From positions 96,001-160,000 of the forward strand of contig CAXXMB010000001.1 of assembly GCA_963668675.2 (NCBI GenBank): 64,000 nucleotides of DNA. Reading direction: 5' to 3'. Position numbers and translations under genes: made by a program. This DNA is from an uncultured Desulfatitalea sp. GTDB taxonomy: Bacteria; Desulfobacterota; Desulfobacteria; Desulfobacterales; Desulfosarcinaceae. Of the stretch, positions 20,451 through 30,256 are shown in pieces. Positions within the stretch are counted from its first letter, which is position 1. The number at the start of each line of letters is the position of its first letter. The notes under the pieces are model-generated. The model made no database searches. It was given only the letters and a program-made list of their open reading frames with translations, and was not told the origin of the DNA.

Positions 20451-22685
20451 ATGACGAGTAGTGAAGTACGCTTTGACTTCGAAATTTCGGGGTCCGACGC
20501 CAAATTCCGGGTTCTCAGTTATTCAGGAACCGAAGGCATATCGCAACTCTTCCGCTTCGATATTTTTGTTACAACGGAAAACAGCAACATCGACCTGCAA
20601 CAGATCGTCGGTAAACCTGCCGCTCTCTCCATCGGTACGGGTGATGACGTACGCCATCTGAGCGGGATGGTTTCCCGTTTCTGGTGGGTTGGCGAAAGCG
20701 GAGACCTGAGCGCCTTCTATGCTGAGGTCGTACCCGTTCACTGGATGCTGTGGCACCGCAACGACTGTCGTATTTTTCAAAATCTATCAGCGCCGGATAT
20801 CATTCGCAACGTGATGGAAGATGCCAATATCGCTGCCGACAGCTTCGATATGGACATGCTGCGCAAGAAACATACGATTAGGGAGTACTGCGTCCAGTAT
20901 CAGGAGTCGGATTTTAATTTTGTGTCGCGCCTCATGGAAGAAGAGGGGATCTTCTACTTTTTCCGCCACGAATACGACAGCGAGACCCGACGGGGACGTC
21001 ACGTTATGGTACTGGGTGATGACCCCTCGTGCCATCTTGCCATTTCAGGTAATTCTACCGTTATTTATAACGAACCCTCAGCTCAAGTCCCTACCGAAGA
21101 GTATGTGTATGAATATCAATATGGGTATCAAACCCGCCCCGGCACTGTTGCGCTCGGGGAATACAACTTTCTGCGCCCGGGTTTGGATCTGAAGGTATCG
21201 GCTTCTGGAAAAGCGTTCCAGCATTTGGAGCTATACCACTACCCGGGAGGATTCAATGACCAGGAGGGCGGCACCGAGCAAGCCAAACTTCGCCTGGAGG
21301 AGATGCAGTCAACCACTCTCATGGGTGCCGGCAAAAGTGTGTGCTGTCGCCTGATGCCGGGCTATTTTTTCAATTTGAAAGATCACCCGCAAAAGTCGTT
21401 CAACCAGGAGTACATGGTGCTGTCCGTAAGCCAGAACGGCGCGCAGCGCGATGTCTCTTCAGAAAGCCAGATGGGCGACTTTGAAAAGATACTCAATCAG
21501 GTAATGGGGTACATTCCCATGCCCTCCATCGGTCCCTTTTCCGTCATGCAGATTTATGACAATTTAAAAAAAGGGATCGACATGCTGTTCGGCAAGGATG
21601 AGGGTAAAGCGTATTACTACGGTAATCAATTCAACTGCATTCCCATGAATACGCCATTTCACCCTCCCCGCCAGACGCCCAAGCCCTTTGTGAAGGGGCC
21701 GCAAACTGCAAAAGTCGTTGCCTCGGAGGATGAAAAGGTGCAGATGGACGACATGGGGCGGGTCAAAGTGAAATTTCACTGGGACCGCGCCAAACAGGCC
21801 GATGATTTCAAACGCACCTGCTATATCCGCATGGCCTACAGCTATGCCGGCGGAGATCACGGCATCCAGTTTCCTCCTCTGGCCGGCGACGAAGTGGTGG
21901 TGGATTTTATGGAGGGCGATCCAGACAAGCCGTTGATTACCGGAGCAGTATACAATGGGCTCAACCGGCCGCAGCTCAAACCTGAAGATAAGATCGAAAA
22001 TATCATTCTGACGCCCTACCAGCACCGACTCCATTTCAATGACCGCACCGCCGCCGTCACTTTAAATACGGGGGGAGGGGAGACGATTCTACTGATGGAC
22101 GGGGAAGAGAGCAGCGATTATGGCCGACAGATCAAGATGAGCACTGCCGATGACCATTCGGTGCTATTGGCAAAGGGGGCCAAAGTCAGCGGCATCAAGA
22201 TCGCCACTCAAAAGGGACAGAAGCTGGTCATGTGGGACGAACCTCAGCCTGAGGGCGTTCTCCTTGAAGACCAAACAGAACTGCTCAGGCTTGAATTCAA
22301 CTCACAGGAGAGCACGATCCTGCTGCGAAACAAGTCCAGCCAACAGATCGTTATCGACTGCAACAGCGGCCGGGTGAGCATCCAGGGCGGCGGCGTCGAA
22401 GTGGTGGGCGGCCAGGTCGATGTCAACGGCAGCAGTAAGGTCAAGATCGCCTCGGGTGGTAAGGTTGAAATCGAGGCGCCGTCAATAGAGGCCACCGGGG
22501 CGGGATCGATCAAATTGAGTGCCCCGGACATCACGTTGGAGGGCGCTCAGATCAATCTCAATGCCCCCCTGGTAAATGCCTTGAGTGTTTTAAAAGCAGG
22601 CACCATGCTGCAGTCGCCCCTTGTATCGGCCTCTGTTTCGGTGGTGTCGCCCGCCTACGCCCCAGGCGTCGGCAATATAATGTAG
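20451..22685 (+). CDS. vgrG: VgrG-family spike protein (orphan)
   Basis: EGISQLF, CRIFQN, REYCVQYQESDFNFVSRLMEEEGI, GPQTAKV, GRVKVKFHWDR, GDEVVVDFMEGDPDKP; beta-helix-like C-terminus; start moved to ATG 20451. Confidence 0.9.
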   Translation: MTSSEVRFDFEISGSDAKFRVLSYSGTEGISQLFRFDIFVTTENSNIDLQQIVGKPAALSIGTGDDVRHLSGMVSRFWWVGESGDLSAFYAEVVPVHWMLWHRNDCRIFQNLSAPDIIRNVMEDANIAADSFDMDMLRKKHTIREYCVQYQESDFNFVSRLMEEEGIFYFFRHEYDSETRRGRHVMVLGDDPSCHLAISGNSTVIYNEPSAQVPTEEYVYEYQYGYQTRPGTVALGEYNFLRPGLDLKVSASGKAFQHLELYHYPGGFNDQEGGTEQAKLRLEEMQSTTLMGAGKSVCCRLMPGYFFNLKDHPQKSFNQEYMVLSVSQNGAQRDVSSESQMGDFEKILNQVMGYIPMPSIGPFSVMQIYDNLKKGIDMLFGKDEGKAYYYGNQFNCIPMNTPFHPPRQTPKPFVKGPQTAKVVASEDEKVQMDDMGRVKVKFHWDRAKQADDFKRTCYIRMAYSYAGGDHGIQFPPLAGDEVVVDFMEGDPDKPLITGAVYNGLNRPQLKPEDKIENIILTPYQHRLHFNDRTAAVTLNTGGGETILLMDGEESSDYGRQIKMSTADDHSVLLAKGAKVSGIKIATQKGQKLVMWDEPQPEGVLLEDQTELLRLEFNSQESTILLRNKSSQQIVIDCNSGRVSIQGGGVEVVGGQVDVNGSSKVKIASGGKVEIEAPSIEATGAGSIKLSAPDITLEGAQINLNAPLVNALSVLKAGTMLQSPLVSASVSVVSPAYAPGVGNIM

Positions 22686-22700
22686 GTGCCCTTGAATAAG

Positions 22701-22722
22701 TCCCCCTTTGTCAAAGGGGGGA
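22701..22722. repeat. Short palindrome CCCCCTTTG-T-CAAAGGGGG (REP-like hairpin)
   Basis: Perfect 9-bp stem between vgrG and the HEAT gene. Confidence 0.5.
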
Positions 22723-22781
22723 GCGGTTTCCCAAAATATGCTTTGCGCCAGATTTGTAAAGAACCGCATAAGGAAATTGGA

Positions 22782-23756
22782 ATGGACAGTGATATCAATG
22801 CAAGGCGGCTCATCGATGAGCCCAATCATGTGCGCCTGCCCCTGTTGGCAGAGCTCTGCACCTCGGATGGCGATCCGACCCCCCTGGTGCCGGCCCTGTG
22901 CAGCTGCCTCAACGATTCTGACGAATCGGTTCGACATGTGGCGATGATGCTACTGGAGCGTTGCGGCTCCGAAGCCGTGCCGCCTTTGGCCGAGCTATTG
23001 GACCCGGGCCGTTCGGTGCAGACCCGTGCGGCCGCAGCAGCCTCCCTGGCGCGCATGGGGCCAGTGGGGGCACCGGCTTCCGCCGCTTTGTGCCGATGTC
23101 TCGGCGAGGATGATGAAACCCTGCGACGTCAAGCCGGTTTTGCGCTTGGATCCATCGGTGAACCGGCCGTTTCCGAGTTGCAGAGGCTTCTGTATGCCGA
23201 TGAGATCGAGATCAATTTGGCTGCCCTTGAGGCGCTGGGGACGATGGGAGTTGGCGCGCAGGAAGCGGCTGATGACATTCGCAAACTTGCCGCAGGAGAA
23301 AACCCTGTCGTGCAAGCGAGCTGCGCCGGATGCTTGGCACAGATCGATCACGCCGATCGACAGGGGTTGCCTCAGCTGATGGCGGCGCTGCAACACAATG
23401 AAGCAGTCGTGCGAGGCACGGCCGTGACGTGGATCGGAAAACTGGGCAGCAACGCGTCGACGGCTGTCCCCCTATTAATCGACCGCTTGAACGATGAGGA
23501 TCCGCAGGTTCGAGCTGAGGCCGTACTGGCTCTCGCCAGAGTGAAACCAACTGCCATCGAAGCCGTTGAACCGCTTATATCGCTGTTGGAGGACAGTGCG
23601 CCCGATGTCGTCATCAATACCTGTATCGCATTGGGAACCATCGGTGCGATGGCGGCGAATGCGATCAAGCCGCTCAAAGGATTGCAAGGCCATGCAGACG
23701 AACGTGTCGTGCAGGTCGCCGGGGCAGCGATTGCGCACATCGATCAAAAGGCATGA
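22782..23756 (+). CDS. HEAT/PBS-lyase repeat protein
   Basis: Recurring VR-x-x-A-x-x-ALG-x-IG / AVP-x-L-x-x-x-L-x-D repeats; start moved to ATG 22782. Confidence 0.85.
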   Translation: MDSDINARRLIDEPNHVRLPLLAELCTSDGDPTPLVPALCSCLNDSDESVRHVAMMLLERCGSEAVPPLAELLDPGRSVQTRAAAAASLARMGPVGAPASAALCRCLGEDDETLRRQAGFALGSIGEPAVSELQRLLYADEIEINLAALEALGTMGVGAQEAADDIRKLAAGENPVVQASCAGCLAQIDHADRQGLPQLMAALQHNEAVVRGTAVTWIGKLGSNASTAVPLLIDRLNDEDPQVRAEAVLALARVKPTAIEAVEPLISLLEDSAPDVVINTCIALGTIGAMAANAIKPLKGLQGHADERVVQVAGAAIAHIDQKA

Positions 23757-23825
23757 GCCTCATGCCAACGGTCATTATTGTGAGAAGATGAATTGCCAAA
23801 TGCTACTGGAGAGGAGAGAGAAGCC

Positions 23826-25349
23826 ATGGGTCTTCGGGATTTTACGATATACGATATGATATGCCGCAATGCGATGCTCTATCCGGAGAGGGACGCAGTC
23901 GTTTTCGGTGATCGACGCATGAGTCACATGGATTATAAAATCGCCTGCGATCGCTGCGCCGCCGGGCTGGTCGACGCCGGCGTCCAATTGGGAGACCGGA
24001 TTGCCATTGTCGCCCACAACTCCGATCGATATCTCGTTCTCTACGGAGCGGCGGCCAAGATAGGTGCTGTTGTCCTGCTGGTCAACTGGCGATTTCAGCA
24101 GGATGAAATCCAGTTTGTTCTTGCGGATTGCACCCCAAAATTGGTTTTTGCGGGTAAGGAATACCAGGAGGCAGTTGCAGCTGCGGCGCAGGATATCGCT
24201 TCCATAGAAGGGTTTTACGGCATGGAAGGGGAGACAACTGAGGGCGCTTTCAAGTCGTTTGGTACCCTCCTGATCGACAAAGGCGCTGATCAATACCCGG
24301 AGATCGACGCTGACGCGGGGTACGTGATCATTCACACCGCAGCAGTGGCGGGAAAGCCTCGCGGCGCGCTCCTGAGCCAGGCCAACATCATCGCTGCGAA
24401 CCTGATGGCGATGGAGCGCAGTGGACAGGACGAGCAGGCCTGCCATCTGTGCGTGTTGCCGCTCTTCCACGTTGCCGCCCTTACGCGGAGCATGGCCATC
24501 ATGCACCAGGGCGGCAAGAACGTGATCGCTGCCCGCTTTGATCCAGGGCATGCCCTCGAACTGATCGAGCGGGAGCGGGTCACCACCTTCGGCTCCTTTG
24601 CCCCCATATTGAAAATGCTGCTCGAAAAACACGCCGAAAAACCCGTCGATCTGACCAGCATCGGCAACATCAGCGGGCTGGAAGATCCGGACAGTGTGGC
24701 GGCATTTCTGAAAATCGCCCCCAACGCGATTTTTTACAGCGGATTCGCTCAGACCGAAGCCATGGGGGTGACCGGCAGCAATGCCGCCGAGCGGCCGGGA
24801 AGTGCCGGTCGACCGTCGATTTTGACCCGGGTTCTCCTTGTCGACGATGACGGCCGTCCGGTGCCCACCGGCCAGGTTGGCGAGATATGCGTGCGTTCAC
24901 CCGCAGTATTCCTTGGCTATTGGGGGCTGGAAGAGGAGACCGCCTACACGTTCCGAAATGGATGGCACCACACCGGCGATATGGGGCGCTTCGATGAAGA
25001 CGGCTACCTATGGTATGTCCAGCGCAAAGCCCAGAAAGAGCTGATCAAGCCAGGCGGCGAGAATGTCTACCCGGCCGAGGTGGAAAAAGCGATTCTCAGC
25101 CACGGTGCCATCGATGAGGTTTGCGTGATCGGTGTGCCTGACGCGCAGTGGCGGGAAGCCATAAAAGCGATATGCGTGCTTAAATCCGGAGGGCAAGCAA
25201 GCGCACAGGATGTGATCGATCATGTGGCATCGAAGATCGCTCGCTATAAAAAACCGAAGCACGTGGTTTTTGTCGATTCCCTGCCCAAATTGGAGAATGG
25301 TGAAATCGATCGCGCTAACGTCAAAAAGATGTATGGGGCTGGTGGTTGA
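23826..25349 (+). CDS. AMP-binding acyl-CoA synthetase family protein (atypical motifs)
   Basis: LPLFHV, FAQTE, GEICVRSP, WHHTGD, KPGGENVYPAEVE; start moved to ATG 23826. Confidence 0.85.
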   Translation: MGLRDFTIYDMICRNAMLYPERDAVVFGDRRMSHMDYKIACDRCAAGLVDAGVQLGDRIAIVAHNSDRYLVLYGAAAKIGAVVLLVNWRFQQDEIQFVLADCTPKLVFAGKEYQEAVAAAAQDIASIEGFYGMEGETTEGAFKSFGTLLIDKGADQYPEIDADAGYVIIHTAAVAGKPRGALLSQANIIAANLMAMERSGQDEQACHLCVLPLFHVAALTRSMAIMHQGGKNVIAARFDPGHALELIERERVTTFGSFAPILKMLLEKHAEKPVDLTSIGNISGLEDPDSVAAFLKIAPNAIFYSGFAQTEAMGVTGSNAAERPGSAGRPSILTRVLLVDDDGRPVPTGQVGEICVRSPAVFLGYWGLEEETAYTFRNGWHHTGDMGRFDEDGYLWYVQRKAQKELIKPGGENVYPAEVEKAILSHGAIDEVCVIGVPDAQWREAIKAICVLKSGGQASAQDVIDHVASKIARYKKPKHVVFVDSLPKLENGEIDRANVKKMYGAGG

Positions 25350-25391
25350 CAATAGGTTTTAACGCAATCCATTAACTCACGCGGATGCAAC

Positions 25392-25484
25392 GGGCGGGCA
25401 TAAAGCCCGCCCCTACTTGGTTTGGGTAGGACCACAGACTGCTATCATGAACGGGCTTCGTAGGGGCGGGCTTTATGCCCGCCC
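25392..25484. repeat. GTAG-type REP doublet
   Basis: GGGCGGGCATAAAGCCCGCCCCTAC (25392-25416) is the exact reverse complement of GTAGGGGCGGGCTTTATGCCCGCCC (25460-25484); lies between convergent genes. Confidence 0.8.
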
Positions 25485-25538
25485 GGTTCGAGAGCGAAAA
25501 CACCAGAAGTATATGGTATTGTGTTTTAAAAGATGGGT

Positions 25539-26336
25539 CTATCCTAAAAGCATCCGATCAGTCAGCAACTCCTCTTCCTGACGATCGTAGAAGCGTGCCA
25601 CCAGGTCCTCCTGGCTGAGTTTGCTTTTCTCCTCGCCTTTAATGTCCAGGATAATTTTTCCGTGGTGCAGCATGATCAATCGGTTGCCCAACTTCAGCGC
25701 CTGGCGCATGTTGTGGGTCACCATGAGGGTGGTGAGGTGCTGTTCGGTGATGATGTTTTGGGTCAGCTCCAAAATCTGGCGGGCGGTTTTGGGATCTAGT
25801 GCGGCGGTGTGTTCGTCGAGCAGCAGCACCTGGGGCGGTATGAGGGTGGCCATCAACATGGTGAGGGCTTGGCGTTGTCCACCGGAAAGCAGGCCGACGC
25901 TGTCCCCGAGCCTCTCTTCCAGCCCCAGTCCCAGATGCGTCAGTTTGCTTCTGAAGCGCTGGCGGTCCTCTCTATTCACACCCATGGAAAAGCCGCGCGC
26001 TTTGCCGCGCCGGAGGGCCAGGGCCAGATTCTGCTCGATGGTCAGGCTGGCGCAGGTGCCCATCAGCGGGTCCTGAAAGACGCGACTGATGAATTTTGCC
26101 CTTCGATGTTCAGGCCACTGGCTGATATCCTTATCCCCAAGCAGAAGCCGTCCGCTATCGGGTGGAAAGGTTCCGGCCAGGCTGTTGAGCAGGGTGGATT
26201 TTCCTGCGCCGTTAGAGCCGATGATGGTGATAAAGTCACCCTTTTCAACGGTCAGGTTGATCCGGTCAAGGGCCAGTACCTGGTTGACACTTCCTTTGTG
26301 GAAGTAGTGGGTCAGTTGTTCAAGCCGGATCATCAT
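25539..26336 (-). CDS. ABC transporter ATP-binding protein (aromatic amino acid-type importer)
   Basis: GSNGAGKS, LSGGQRQ, LLLDEHTAALD. Confidence 0.9.
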   Translation of the reverse strand: MMIRLEQLTHYFHKGSVNQVLALDRINLTVEKGDFITIIGSNGAGKSTLLNSLAGTFPPDSGRLLLGDKDISQWPEHRRAKFISRVFQDPLMGTCASLTIEQNLALALRRGKARGFSMGVNREDRQRFRSKLTHLGLGLEERLGDSVGLLSGGQRQALTMLMATLIPPQVLLLDEHTAALDPKTARQILELTQNIITEQHLTTLMVTHNMRQALKLGNRLIMLHHGKIILDIKGEEKSKLSQEDLVARFYDRQEEELLTDRMLLG

Positions 26337-27226
26337 GAGCGGGCCCCTCCGAATCTGCGTTTGACGCTGGGCGCCATCAATGCCACCACCACCAGGATGG
26401 CGGTGATCAGATTCAGGTCGCTGGGGGTTACCGCAAAAGCCCCCAGTTTCAATCCCAAAGCCAGGGCGATGGCCAGCCGGTAGAGCACCGATCCGAGCAG
26501 CACCGCGATGCAGGACCGCGCCACGCCGCTGCGTCCGAAGACCGTCTCCCCCAGAATGACCGATGCCAGGCCGGCGATGATGGTGCCGATGCCCATGTTG
26601 ACATCCGACGCCCCCTGGTTTTGGGCCACCAGTGCGCCGCTGACCGCAACCATGGCGTTGGAGAGGCCGACGCCGAGAATGATGATGTGGTGGGTGTTAA
26701 CCCCCAGGCTCGTAATCATTTGGGGGTTGTCGCCGGTAGCCAGCATGGCCTGCCCCAGTTCGGTGTGCAGAAACCAGATGATCGCAACCGTGACAGCGAT
26801 GGCGAACCCACCGTAGAGCACCGGCGCTACGGCATAGCCGGCCAGGCCCATCGATATGAACGGATCGAGAACCGTATCGACCCCCAGCAGGGAGATGTTG
26901 GGGCCGTCCATGATGCGGATATTGATCGAATAGAGCGCGATCATGGTGAGGATAGAGGCCAGCAGGTGCAGGATTTTCAGTTTTGTGTTGAGCAGGGCTG
27001 TGACCGCGCCGGCGGCAAACCCGGCCAGGGCTGCCAGGGCCAGGGAGAGAAAAGGATTGACGCCGTTGGTGATGGCCACTGCAGAGACTGACGCCCCCAG
27101 TGGCAGACTGCCGTCCACCGTCAGGTCAGGGAAGTCGAGAACGCGAAAGGTGAGATAGACGCCCAGGACCATGATCCCGTAGACCAATCCCTGCTCCAGG
27201 GCGCCGATAAATGCATACCAGGTCAT
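26333..27226 (-). CDS. ABC transporter permease
   Basis: FRVLDFPDLTVDGS motif; multiple TM segments; overlaps the ATPase start. Confidence 0.9.
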   Translation of the reverse strand: MTWYAFIGALEQGLVYGIMVLGVYLTFRVLDFPDLTVDGSLPLGASVSAVAITNGVNPFLSLALAALAGFAAGAVTALLNTKLKILHLLASILTMIALYSINIRIMDGPNISLLGVDTVLDPFISMGLAGYAVAPVLYGGFAIAVTVAIIWFLHTELGQAMLATGDNPQMITSLGVNTHHIIILGVGLSNAMVAVSGALVAQNQGASDVNMGIGTIIAGLASVILGETVFGRSGVARSCIAVLLGSVLYRLAIALALGLKLGAFAVTPSDLNLITAILVVVALMAPSVKRRFGGARS

Positions 27227-27281
27227 TGTCGATTCAGTCAGCTAAATTGTTGACATCGAATTGGATCTGTTCATCGGCAGC

Positions 27282-28247
27282 CTACTTGTAAATCTTGTCG
27301 GCCGTCTCAAGCAGTACAGCCGGAATGGCGATGCCCATCTTTTCAGCGGCCTGGGCGTTGATATGCAGCTGCAGTTCTTCCTGAAACTCTACCGGTGTCG
27401 CTGCAGGGGCGGCCCCCTTCAGTATCCTTTGGGCCAGTTTTCCTGTCTGGAGACCGTGTTTGTAGTAGTCGAAGCCCATGGCGGCCACCGACCCTCGCTT
27501 GACCGAGTCGACGTCCGCGTTGAACAGGGGCAGCTTGTTCTGTTCACACACCTTGATGGCCGACTCCAAGGCCGACACCACCGTGTTGTCGGTGGGGATG
27601 AAGACGGCGTCAACCTTTCCCACCAGGCTCTTGGCGGCTTGGTAGACGTCGCTCGATTTGGAGATGGCCGCCTCTACGATCTCGAACCCCATCTTCTGGG
27701 CTTCTGCCTGAAACAGGGGTACCAGTACTTTCGAGTTGACCTCTCCGGCATTGTAGAGAAACCCCATTCGTTTGATCTTGGGCAGAAAAGTTTTGACCAT
27801 CATCAGATGACGGTTGACCGGAAGCATGTCGGAGACGCCGGTGATGTTGGCGCCCGGGTGCTTGAGATCCTTGACCAGGCCGGCGCCAACCGGATCGGTG
27901 ACGGCCGTAAAAAGCATGGGGGTTTTCTGCATATGCGGAGATTTCTTGAGCGCCTGGGCGCACGCCTGGGCTGTGGGGGTGGCAATGGCCAGGATGAGAT
28001 CCGGCTTCTCGCCCATGATCTGGTGGCCGATCTGGTTGGCCGTGGCCATATTGGCCTGGGCATTGTGGATGTTGTAGGTAACCGTCACGCCGTTTTCACG
28101 CAGATTGTCCTGAAACCCCTTCAATACGGCATCCAGGGCCGGATGCTCGACAAATTGACTGACGGAAACCTGATACGATTGGGCTTGCACCATCGAAGCC
28201 GTCAATACGACCATCACAATGGCGAGCATCAATATGGATTTTTTCAT
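27282..28247 (-). CDS. ABC transporter substrate-binding protein (Trp/Tyr-like family)
   Basis: Signal peptide MKKSILMLA; QFVEHPALD, TAVTDPV, NITGVSD, PTDNTV; start moved to 28247 (AGGAG RBS). Confidence 0.9.
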   Translation of the reverse strand: MKKSILMLAIVMVVLTASMVQAQSYQVSVSQFVEHPALDAVLKGFQDNLRENGVTVTYNIHNAQANMATANQIGHQIMGEKPDLILAIATPTAQACAQALKKSPHMQKTPMLFTAVTDPVGAGLVKDLKHPGANITGVSDMLPVNRHLMMVKTFLPKIKRMGFLYNAGEVNSKVLVPLFQAEAQKMGFEIVEAAISKSSDVYQAAKSLVGKVDAVFIPTDNTVVSALESAIKVCEQNKLPLFNADVDSVKRGSVAAMGFDYYKHGLQTGKLAQRILKGAAPAATPVEFQEELQLHINAQAAEKMGIAIPAVLLETADKIYK

Positions 28248-28426
28248 AGCGTACGCTCCTGTCATTATGGATAGATGCCCAGAATTGTTCTTCTGCGAGC
28301 AATTTAAAACCCCGGTCTGTATAAGCAAATACACCGTGTGGGTCAAGCCATCCCATTTTCGCTCGTGACAGGTGACAGGGCGCTGCCAAGGATCGGTGCA
28401 AAAGCGCCTCTTGGGCCGAGCGCTAC

Positions 28427-29374
28427 TTATCCCCGCATGGGTTGCACGGCCTCGGATGGCCTCGCCTGTCGCCGTTGGCTGATGTAGACGCCCGCCATGA
28501 TGGTCGCGGCTGCCAGGCACTGGCGCGGCGTAAAGGACTCGTCCAGCATCATCCAGCCCATTATTACGGTGAATACCGGTATCAGATTTACAAAGGCTGA
28601 CGCCTGGCTGGCGGGGATATGCTTGACGCCGTAATTATAGAGCCCGTATGCCCCCAACGTGATAACAGCGCCCAAATAGATGACCGCCAGGCCGGCTGAC
28701 GGTTCGAAGTGAAGCGGCAGCTGAGTGGCGGGCAGAAAAAGCGAGGGCAAGAAGAAGATGCTGCCGACGAAGGCCTGCATGGCCGTCAGAAACAGAGGCG
28801 AATACCGGTCGGAGAGATGCTTGAGCGTAATGGTGTAACCGGTGGCGCACACCATGGCGAGCATTTCATAGATGTTGCCTATCACGGGGTCGGGTGCATC
28901 GGTTGACGGAACGCCCTCCAGTGTCAGCCAGCACACTCCCGCAACGGCCGTAAGTGAGCCGATCCAGGTGTCTCTTCCGACCCGCTCCTTGAGGAGCCAT
29001 CCGGCCGACAGCGCCACTAAAATGGGCAGCATGGCAGTGATCATGCCGGCCTGGGAGGCCGAGGTGTGGATGAGGGCTCTGGCTTCGAAGATAAAGTAGA
29101 GGCACGGTTCGCAAAAGGCCATGAGGAGGATCCATTTCAGATCCCCGGATCGAAAATTCACTGCATTTCGAAACCAACGGTAGAAGAAGAGAAAACAGAG
29201 GCTGGCCACTGCCATGCGCGCAAAGATCACCACCATGGGATCGTACACCCGGAAGGCGATTTTGAGCGCGATAAATGAGCTGGCCCACAGCACCATGGCC
29301 AGCAGCAGGCCAAGGGTGGGCAGATAGCGATGTCGGTTGAACGGTTGCATTGCGGTGATCCACACCTGTTTCAT
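28427..29374 (-). CDS. DMT/EamA family exporter
   Basis: LWASSFIALK, TSASQAG, SAFVNLIPV; about 10 TM segments. Confidence 0.85.
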   Translation of the reverse strand: MKQVWITAMQPFNRHRYLPTLGLLLAMVLWASSFIALKIAFRVYDPMVVIFARMAVASLCFLFFYRWFRNAVNFRSGDLKWILLMAFCEPCLYFIFEARALIHTSASQAGMITAMLPILVALSAGWLLKERVGRDTWIGSLTAVAGVCWLTLEGVPSTDAPDPVIGNIYEMLAMVCATGYTITLKHLSDRYSPLFLTAMQAFVGSIFFLPSLFLPATQLPLHFEPSAGLAVIYLGAVITLGAYGLYNYGVKHIPASQASAFVNLIPVFTVIMGWMMLDESFTPRQCLAAATIMAGVYISQRRQARPSEAVQPMRG

Positions 29375-29435
29375 TCAGCTTATATTGACGCGACCGGGCG
29401 CGGCGAATTGTTGCAAGGCCGTTTGGAGGAAAACG

Positions 29436-30158
29436 CTATATGCGTTCCAGGAGCTCCCTTTTTTTGGCATCGAACTCCTCCTGGGTGATAATCCCCTTGT
29501 CGAGCAGATCTTTGAGCTTCTCCAGCTTTTCGAATGCATCGTCGCCAGAGGGGGGTGTCTGCTGATCTGCCGCAGTTGCTTTGGGGGCAGGCGCCTGGGG
29601 CGGTGTTGCTTCGACGGCCCCTTTTGGCGTCGGAGGTGGGCTGGTGACCACCGGCGGGGCTGCCTCCGGTGTGGAAACGGCCGTTACCGTTTTTCCACGG
29701 TTGGTTTGGTCGAGCGTCGCTTTGATCTGTTGGTCCAATTTTTCCAGGTTGCCGGGGCCTGCCTTCAGGTCGCCGTTGCCTTTGAGCCTATAGGTGAAGC
29801 CGGTGACCCGGTTGCCCTTGGGGGCGGTTCCTTCGACACGGAGGATGTCCACCTCGTAGATATAGGTGGTCTCTTTGAAGCGGGCGTAGCGAACATCGCC
29901 CGGGCGCAACTGTTCATGCACAAACAGCCCCACCCGCGGTTTGGCCAATCTGTAGATTTTTTGTTCGGGCAGCACTTCATGCATGGCCCAGTAGACCAGA
30001 TCCAGGGCCTCCTGCTCACTGACCTGATAGACAACTCCTGACGATGATTCGTCGAGAAGTTTGGTGGTGGGCTTATAGCCCGAACAGCCCATTGCCATTG
30101 CCCCTGCCAGGCAGGAACAGATTGCCATGATTTTGATCAGCCATCGGTATCGCATCAT
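29436..30158 (-). CDS. SHOCT-domain lipoprotein
   Basis: Lipobox-like AMGC, Pro-rich linker, C-terminal LEKLKDLLDKGIITQEEFDAKKRELL; start moved to 30158. Confidence 0.75.
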   Translation of the reverse strand: MMRYRWLIKIMAICSCLAGAMAMGCSGYKPTTKLLDESSSGVVYQVSEQEALDLVYWAMHEVLPEQKIYRLAKPRVGLFVHEQLRPGDVRYARFKETTYIYEVDILRVEGTAPKGNRVTGFTYRLKGNGDLKAGPGNLEKLDQQIKATLDQTNRGKTVTAVSTPEAAPPVVTSPPPTPKGAVEATPPQAPAPKATAADQQTPPSGDDAFEKLEKLKDLLDKGIITQEEFDAKKRELLERI

Positions 30159-30256
30159 CAGCCCCTCTGTTGCGACAGGCCTGCGATCCTCTGCTGCGGA
30201 TCGCAGGCCCGTATGGTGTTGCAAGTGGATCGGGTATTTACTTCCGGTCAAACAGC

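Noticed and set aside
20370..23756. Complete T6SS or prophage tail locus
   Set aside because: Only vgrG is present; no sheath, tube, baseplate or phage genes nearby
27261..28274. Long antisense ORFs (also 33500-34513, 36606-37751, 41735-42661, 57688-58608)
   Set aside because: They overlap well-supported genes on the opposite strand or in another frame and have no motifs; expected shadows in GC-rich DNA
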